Below are positions 58,649-64,000 of a DNA stretch of 64,000 bases, one piece after another. Source of the DNA: Thermoplasmata archaeon (GTDB lineage: Archaea > Thermoplasmatota > E2 > UBA202 > JdFR-43). Location: NCBI GenBank assembly GCA_021162815.1, contig JAGGXW010000006.1, forward strand, positions 15,081 through 79,080, in the 5' to 3' direction. A model generated the notes under the pieces. It worked only from the letters and a program-made list of their open reading frames with translations. It was not told the DNA's origin and did not search any database. Positions within the stretch are counted from its first letter, which is position 1. Each line of letters begins with the position of its first letter. The position numbers and the translations under genes are program-made.

Positions 58649-59803
58649 ATGCTCCCCACAATGGATGAGTTTGATTTTGAAAATAAAAGTGTTATTGTGA
58701 GAGTTGACATAAACTCTCCTTTAAATCCGGATACACTTGAAATAATGGATACATGGAGGATAGAAAGATGTCTTCCCACAATAAAGGAATTGATATCCAA
58801 AAATGCAAGAGTAATAATTATGGCTCATCAGGGTAGGCCTGGAAAGTGGGATTTTACCGGGCTGGATAAACATGCAGAGATGATGAGCAGAATCGGAGGT
58901 ATAGACATAAAATTTGTCCCGGATATTTATGGCGAGGAGGCAATAAAATCAATTTCTGAAATGAGAGGGGGAGAAGCGATAATGCTGGATAATGTGAGGA
59001 AGTATAAGGAGGAGATGGAAAAGAAAGAGCCAGAAGAGCATGCAAAAACAGAAATGGTTCAAACATTATCAAAATATGCTGATGCGTTTGTAAATGATGC
59101 GTTTGCAGCAGCCCACAGAAAACAGTGCTCTCTCGTTGGTTTTATTCCGGTGCTCCCCTCATTTGCAGGAAGATTGTTACAGAAGGAAGTGGAAATGCTG
59201 GATCATCTTCTCAGCAATGCGTCAAGGCCAAGAGTGTTCATTTTTGGAGGAAGTAAATATGAAAATGCCATTGATGTGATAAAAAATCTTCTGGAAAGAG
59301 ATGTGGCTGATAAAATATTGCTTGGAGGGGTGCCTGCCAACGCCTTCCTTGCTTCCATTGGGAAAATAGATATGGAAGTTGAGGGAGAAATGAAGGAGAT
59401 AGCGGATAAATTTGGGGAAAGGCTGCTTTTGCCGGTGGACATGGTATATGAAGATGGAGAATGGGATGTTGAAGAGAAAAGATTGCCGGGATATGATATA
59501 GGGAGTAAAAGCATCGAGCTTTTCAGAGAGGAGATTGAAAATGCAGGCAGCATACTTATATCTGGCCCAATGGGAATGTTTGAAAAAGAGGAGTATAGCA
59601 AGGGAACAAAGGAGATAATAAAGGCAATTGCCTCAAGCAGGGCATTTTCAATAGCTGGAGGTGGCCACACCATAGCTGCGATAAATATGCTTGGTCTTGC
59701 CAGCAAATTCTCTTACATTTCCACAGGAGGAGGGGCTCTGGAAAGATACATAATGGGTAAAAAACTTCCCGTTATAGATGCACTAATAAAGTTTAAAAAA
59801 TAG
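58649..59803 (+). CDS. pgk: phosphoglycerate kinase
   Basis: Archaeal PGK pattern (…VRVDINSP…, …AHQGRPG…, hinge and C-terminal GGGA motifs); 384 aa. Confidence 0.85.
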   Translation: MLPTMDEFDFENKSVIVRVDINSPLNPDTLEIMDTWRIERCLPTIKELISKNARVIIMAHQGRPGKWDFTGLDKHAEMMSRIGGIDIKFVPDIYGEEAIKSISEMRGGEAIMLDNVRKYKEEMEKKEPEEHAKTEMVQTLSKYADAFVNDAFAAAHRKQCSLVGFIPVLPSFAGRLLQKEVEMLDHLLSNASRPRVFIFGGSKYENAIDVIKNLLERDVADKILLGGVPANAFLASIGKIDMEVEGEMKEIADKFGERLLLPVDMVYEDGEWDVEEKRLPGYDIGSKSIELFREEIENAGSILISGPMGMFEKEEYSKGTKEIIKAIASSRAFSIAGGGHTIAAINMLGLASKFSYISTGGGALERYIMGKKLPVIDALIKFKK

Positions 59804-59819
59804 CAAGTAATTTCATAGC

Positions 59820-60890
59820 ATGGGAAATATAGTTCATGTTGTTGGTACCGGTACAATTGGGGAACCTCTTATAGGGCTGTTATGTGATATGAAGAAAGAG
59901 CTTGGTATAGACGAGGTAACATTTTACAAACACAGCCCTGTGCTAACTGATAGAGCGAAGATAAAGGGGTTGATTGCAAGAGGAGGAAATCTGGTTGTGA
60001 GTAAGGATAAAATAAACGAATTCAGGGAGCTAGGGGTAGAGCCAATGTATGGGGCAGAGGAAGCAATAGAGAGAGCAGATGTTGTGATAGACTGTACTCC
60101 CAAAGGTATAGGACTCAAAAACAAGGAGATGTACTATAAGAAGTATGAGGATAAAGTAAAAAGATTTCTTGCTCAGGGCTCAGAATTTGGTTTTGGAAAA
60201 CCATATGCTCTTGGAATAAATGATGAGGCAATAGATGAGAATGATAAATACGTGCATATAATGAGTTGTAACACTCACAACATAGCGGTGGCAATAAAGA
60301 GTATTGGATTTGATAATGGAAGAATGGATGACTTTGAATATGGAAGATTTGTATGCATAAGAAGAGCCACAGATATTTCACAGGAAACTGGCTATATACC
60401 TGCTCCATATGTGGATACTCACAAGGATAAGGAATTCGGCACTCACCATGCCAGAGATGTATGGCATCTTTACAATACCCTTGGATATAATCTGGATGTC
60501 TTTTCATCCTCTCTAAAAATAAATACTCAGTATATGCACTCAATATGGTTTGATATAAAGGTTAAAAGAAAAATAGATGAGGAAGAGGTAATGAGAAGAT
60601 TTACAGATAATCCCAGAGTGGCAATAACATACAAACACCTGTCAAGCCTTGTCTTTTCATTTGGCAGAGACCATGGCCATTATGGAAGAATACTAAATCA
60701 GACTGTTGTTGTTGCACCAACAATAAGGGTGAGGAATGACAATGAAGTTTTTGGTTACTGCTTCACCCCTCAGGACGGAAACAGCCTTCTCAGCAGTGTT
60801 GCCATGACTCTCCGTACACTGTTCCCAGATGAGAAGGAATATGAGGAAAGATTGTCCACACTATCCCGCTTTCTGTTTGATGAGGTTTAA
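59820..60890 (+). CDS. gap: glyceraldehyde-3-phosphate dehydrogenase, archaeal type II
   Basis: N-terminal GTGTIG Rossmann motif, catalytic SCNTH, THHARDV and other blocks colinear with archaeal GAPDH. Located immediately downstream of pgk. Confidence 0.7.
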   Translation: MGNIVHVVGTGTIGEPLIGLLCDMKKELGIDEVTFYKHSPVLTDRAKIKGLIARGGNLVVSKDKINEFRELGVEPMYGAEEAIERADVVIDCTPKGIGLKNKEMYYKKYEDKVKRFLAQGSEFGFGKPYALGINDEAIDENDKYVHIMSCNTHNIAVAIKSIGFDNGRMDDFEYGRFVCIRRATDISQETGYIPAPYVDTHKDKEFGTHHARDVWHLYNTLGYNLDVFSSSLKINTQYMHSIWFDIKVKRKIDEEEVMRRFTDNPRVAITYKHLSSLVFSFGRDHGHYGRILNQTVVVAPTIRVRNDNEVFGYCFTPQDGNSLLSSVAMTLRTLFPDEKEYEERLSTLSRFLFDEV

Positions 60891-61183
60891 CCAAAAATAA
60901 ATCCCATGCCCTCGTTTGCTGCCTCCTCATCCTCAACTATTTTTTTATTTATTTTTTCTGTCTCCTCACCTTCAAGCAATTTTGCCTTTCCCTCCAGCAT
61001 CTTTTTTGCCCTTTCTATAGCTTCCTTGCTTCCCTCTATCTTGAGATAAATAACATTTCCATCCATCTCAAGCGATTTTGCATCTCTTGTAACTATGCTC
61101 TGCCTTCCAACAACATCATCCTTTTTGATTTCTTCAATAACTGCTTCATTTTCCCTCTTCACTTCAAATATTGAATATGCCAT
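60887..61183 (-). CDS. small acidic hypothetical protein
   Basis: 98 aa, Glu/Lys-rich, no recognisable motif. Confidence 0.35.
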   Translation of the reverse strand: MAYSIFEVKRENEAVIEEIKKDDVVGRQSIVTRDAKSLEMDGNVIYLKIEGSKEAIERAKKMLEGKAKLLEGEETEKINKKIVEDEEAANEGMGFIFG

Positions 61184-61223
61184 GGGAAAAGAAAGAGACG
61201 AAACTATAAGAATTTTCTTGTTT

Positions 61224-62138
61224 TCACTTCTTCAATTTCACCTCTATTTTCATGAAATCATTTGCCACATATGTTTCGGGAAAAATCTCCCTTGCCTCAT
61301 TTTCCAGCAATTTAGCATCTCCATATCTCGGGCTTATGTGGGTAAGATAAAGTCTTTCCACACCTGCCTCCCTTGCTATCATGGCTGCCTGGCTGGCTGT
61401 GGAATGGCCATATTCTGCCGCCTTTTCTTCCATATCGGATGCAAATGTTGCCTCATGAATGAGTATATCACTTCCCTCTGCCAGCCCCCTCACACTCTCA
61501 CATGGCATGGTATCTCCAGAATATGTTATTTTTCTTCCAGGCCTTTTTGGACCAAGAACCATGCTGCTTTCTATTACCCTTCCATTTACAATAACACTCT
61601 CTCCCATCTGCAATTTTCTGAATAGTGGCCCTTCAGGAACACCAAGCTCCAGAGCTTTTTTCTTATTGAATTTACCCGGTCTTTCATCCTCCTCAAGAGA
61701 GTATGCAAGGGCTGGAACATTGTGGCATGCTTTGGCTGCCCTTACAGAATAACCATCAAATTTAACCACATCTCCATCACCCAACTCATGAGCATATATT
61801 TTGTATGATGGCTTGAAATAGCCAAGATGAAGAATGGAGTTAACCACTCTCTCCGTATACTTCGGTCCATATATGTGAAGTTCATTTTCCCTGTCATTTA
61901 ACTGGAGTGTCTGTATTAACCCTGCAAGCCCCAGAAAATGGTCTCCATGAAAATGGGTGATGAAAATCTTGCTTATCTGCATGTAGCTTAGCTCTGATTT
62001 CTGAAATTGCCTCTGTGTCCCCTCTCCGCAATCGAAGAGTATTATTTCCCCTCCCCTCTTAATCGCTATCGCCGCCACGTTTCTGTAAACAGTGGGCCAC
62101 GAACCCCCCGTTCCAAGGAAGTGAATGTAAAGCTGCAT
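61224..62138 (-). CDS. rnz: ribonuclease Z (tRNA 3' endonuclease), short form
   Basis: Metallo-beta-lactamase motif HFHGDH and characteristic N-terminal LGTGGSWPT; 304 aa. Confidence 0.85.
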   Translation of the reverse strand: MQLYIHFLGTGGSWPTVYRNVAAIAIKRGGEIILFDCGEGTQRQFQKSELSYMQISKIFITHFHGDHFLGLAGLIQTLQLNDRENELHIYGPKYTERVVNSILHLGYFKPSYKIYAHELGDGDVVKFDGYSVRAAKACHNVPALAYSLEEDERPGKFNKKKALELGVPEGPLFRKLQMGESVIVNGRVIESSMVLGPKRPGRKITYSGDTMPCESVRGLAEGSDILIHEATFASDMEEKAAEYGHSTASQAAMIAREAGVERLYLTHISPRYGDAKLLENEAREIFPETYVANDFMKIEVKLKK

Positions 62139-62166
62139 GAATTTTAAGTGCGGCCTTTATTAAAAT

Positions 62167-62502
62167 TTAACCGAATTCTTCCAGCGCCTTTATCACTTCC
62201 GTGGTATATGCCAGGGCAGGGCCGCCTGCCATAAGTACCGCCACCATGGATGCCTCCATTATTTCCTCCTTTGTCGCTCCTGCCTCAAGTGCATTTTTTA
62301 CATGAAGGGCAATGCAGTACTTGCAGCATCTTGCCACCCCAATTGCGAGGCTTATGAGTTCCTTCGTCTTCGTATCCAGTTTATTTTCCTTCAGCACTGC
62401 TTCCATGAAGCGATGAAAGGCTGCCATCTCCTCCTTATTTGATGAACCAGCATACTTTATGGTCTTCATAAAATCTTCCAGCAACTCCTTCATTTCTGAC
62501 AT
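62167..62502 (-). CDS. carboxymuconolactone decarboxylase / AhpD-like family protein
   Basis: CxxC-containing AhpD-like core (ARCCKYCIALH). The probable start is the MSEMKELL Met. Confidence 0.6.
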   Translation of the reverse strand: MSEMKELLEDFMKTIKYAGSSNKEEMAAFHRFMEAVLKENKLDTKTKELISLAIGVARCCKYCIALHVKNALEAGATKEEIMEASMVAVLMAGGPALAYTTEVIKALEEFG

Positions 62503-62545
62503 GATGGTGAATTGCTTTATCACTAATAAACATTTATAATGTAGT

Positions 62546-62905
62546 TCACTGTTTCTGCACAATCGTTATTTCCTTGCCTATATAAATAACAAAATTTTCA
62601 TGCCCTTTATAGAATATAACCTTCTTCTTAACACTCTCATTTCCCACAACAATCTGAAAATAGTAATTGGCAGCAAGATTTGTCACATTTGTAAAAGTTA
62701 TGGTTTCATTCTTTTGAAGTGTAAAATTCCTGTTAAAATAAATTTTCCCATCTGGAGTGTATATCTTCAGAGATGCATTTATGATTTCATTTCTTTCATT
62801 TATAACAGTAACTTTCATAGGATTATAGGACATCCAGTAGGCAAGCAATAAAGCAATTATTATCACAGTGAAAACAATTACCACAACCTTCTGCCACCAT
62901 CTCAT
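62546..62905 (-). CDS. small signal-anchored extracytoplasmic protein of unknown function
   Basis: N-terminal TM (VVVIVFTVIIIALLLAYW) followed by a beta-rich ~90-aa domain with several N-x-T sequons. Confidence 0.4.
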   Translation of the reverse strand: MRWWQKVVVIVFTVIIIALLLAYWMSYNPMKVTVINERNEIINASLKIYTPDGKIYFNRNFTLQKNETITFTNVTNLAANYYFQIVVGNESVKKKVIFYKGHENFVIYIGKEITIVQKQ

Positions 62906-62975
62906 TGTAGCTTAATGCCTACTCCCTATATTACTCCATCGCTATATTTTTAAACATTAAAACATTATTTGAAAG

Positions 62976-63716
62976 ATGTTTCAGGGAAAAATTAGGTCAG
63001 ATTTTATGAAGGCTGTCATAGATGCCACCTCAATACTTGTTGATGAGGCTAAATTTAAATTTGATTCTGATGGGCTTTATGGAAGGATGGTGGATCCGGC
63101 CCATGTGGGAATGATTGATTTTAGAGTAAGGAAGGAAGCGTTTGATGAATATGAATGTGAGAAGGAGACGGAAATAGGAATAGATCTGGAAAAACTTAGG
63201 GGAATACTGAAAATAGCTTCTGCAGGCGATATAATAGGATTGAAATATGATAAGAAAGAAGGAAGGCTTGAAGTAGAGGTCGGGAATCTCAAAAGAAAAA
63301 TGGGCTTGCTGGATACATCTGAAATGCCCGATACAAAGATTCCTTCACTTGAGCTTCCTGCAGAGATAGTCGTTTCCACAGCAGAGGTTCACCAGGCAAT
63401 AAGAGCGGCTGAAGCCATATCTGACCATGTAACCCTTATGGCAGATAAAGAATCCTTTAAAATAAAGGCTGAAGGAGATACAGATGTTGTTGAGCTTATA
63501 CTTTCCAAAGAACAGCTTTACTCCATAAAATGCGATGAACCTGTAAAAAGCATGTTCCCTCTTGATTACCTCAGCGATATGGTAAAGTTGGCAAAATCGA
63601 ATAGTGAGGAGTTAACAATAAATCTTGGAAACGACTATCCTCTCAAGATGGCATTTGGATTTGCAGGAGATTATATAAAGATGATGTACTTGCTTGCTCC
63701 AAGGATAGAGAGTTAA
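62976..63716 (+). CDS. pcn: DNA polymerase sliding clamp PCNA
   Basis: About 245 aa with PCNA fold signatures (…FKAVIDATSILVDEAKFKF…GL….MD..HV…, C-terminal LAPRIE). Confidence 0.8.
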   Translation: MFQGKIRSDFMKAVIDATSILVDEAKFKFDSDGLYGRMVDPAHVGMIDFRVRKEAFDEYECEKETEIGIDLEKLRGILKIASAGDIIGLKYDKKEGRLEVEVGNLKRKMGLLDTSEMPDTKIPSLELPAEIVVSTAEVHQAIRAAEAISDHVTLMADKESFKIKAEGDTDVVELILSKEQLYSIKCDEPVKSMFPLDYLSDMVKLAKSNSEELTINLGNDYPLKMAFGFAGDYIKMMYLLAPRIES

Positions 63717-64000
63717 GCTAATTTAATTCTCAGCTCATCATTGCTGTTTACATCCGCTTTGACATACAACTTCAGCATATCCCCTTTTAATCTTTTCATC
63801 ATCACCTCTCCATTTTTGATGGTATATGCCCCATAAGGAAGATAAAAACCCACATGCACCGTGATTGGAATATCAAGAGTATTTGTTATCATCACATAAT
63901 TTTCTCCTCTTTCAATATTTATTTTGTAGGATGGAATCGAAAATTTCGGCTCCTTGTAATTATAAGAGACTATCTTCCAGTCTCTCACCTCTATTTTTCT
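63713..64000 (-). CDS. hypothetical protein, 3' part only (gene continues beyond the window edge)
   Basis: Open frame running to the end of the window. Beta-rich sequence with no motif. Confidence 0.25.
   Translation of the reverse strand, partial: RKIEVRDWKIVSYNYKEPKFSIPSYKINIERGENYVMITNTLDIPITVHVGFYLPYGAYTIKNGEVMMKRLKGDMLKLYVKADVNSNDELRIKLA

Noticed and set aside
60887-61183. The small acidic ORF as aEF-1beta, Pcc1 or aSUI1
   Set aside because: Compared from memory with those families; no convincing motif correspondence, so left as hypothetical.
1-64000. CRISPR arrays, integrases, transposases or other mobile-element hallmarks
   Set aside because: No regularly spaced direct repeats and no recombinase/transposase motifs were seen. 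The only large repeat is the 111-bp paralog-derived inverted block.

Overview
This 64 kb window is an AT-rich archaeal (euryarchaeal-type) chromosomal segment. It is densely coding on both strands, mostly with core information-processing and central-metabolism genes. The organism was not identified. The content fits a peptide-fermenting euryarchaeon, with IOR/ACD, many secreted peptidases and topo VI present. The window is thermoplasmata-like or DHVE2-like in gene content, but that is a guess.

The recognisable core genes are:
- a truncated DtxR-family regulator followed by a ZnuABC-like metal ABC transporter;
- an intron-containing tRNA-Asp and a tandem of intron-containing tRNA-Gln and tRNA-Glu;
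- an MMPL/RND exporter paired with a PKD-domain surface protein;
- GatD;
- the operon acdB-iorA-iorB (ADP-forming acetyl-CoA synthetase beta with indolepyruvate:ferredoxin oxidoreductase);
- thpR(ligT)-cca;
- TFS;
- an Lhr-like helicase;
- a LarB/PurE-like protein;
- archaeal ThrRS;
- Taw3 and Tsr3;
- topoisomerase VI subunits B and A;
- a bacterial-type iPGM;
- an aminotransferase;
- PdxS/PdxT;
- ACD alpha overlapping the start of ABCE1;
- CDC48;
- the PolD large subunit (DP2);
- RPA and an RPA32-like gene;
- a Nudix hydrolase;
- PGK and an archaeal GAPDH;
- RNase Z;
- PCNA.

The accessory, surface-exposed content is what stands out:
- Three paralogous secreted peptidase C25 (gingipain-like) genes, two of which share a 111-bp perfectly identical segment in inverted orientation, suggesting gene conversion.
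- A beta-helix surface-protein gene broken by two +1 frameshifts.
- A large surface protein made of three internal repeats.
- A membrane-anchored FKBP.
- A secreted GH-like protein.

The best candidate for something undescribed is a stand-alone 303-aa protein (33790..34701). It has an intact NucS/RecB-like PD-(D/E)xK nuclease motif at the N-terminus and a conserved-looking C-terminal domain of unknown function. No CRISPR array, integrase, transposase or intein was recognised. Functional calls rest on motif-level reading of the six-frame translations.
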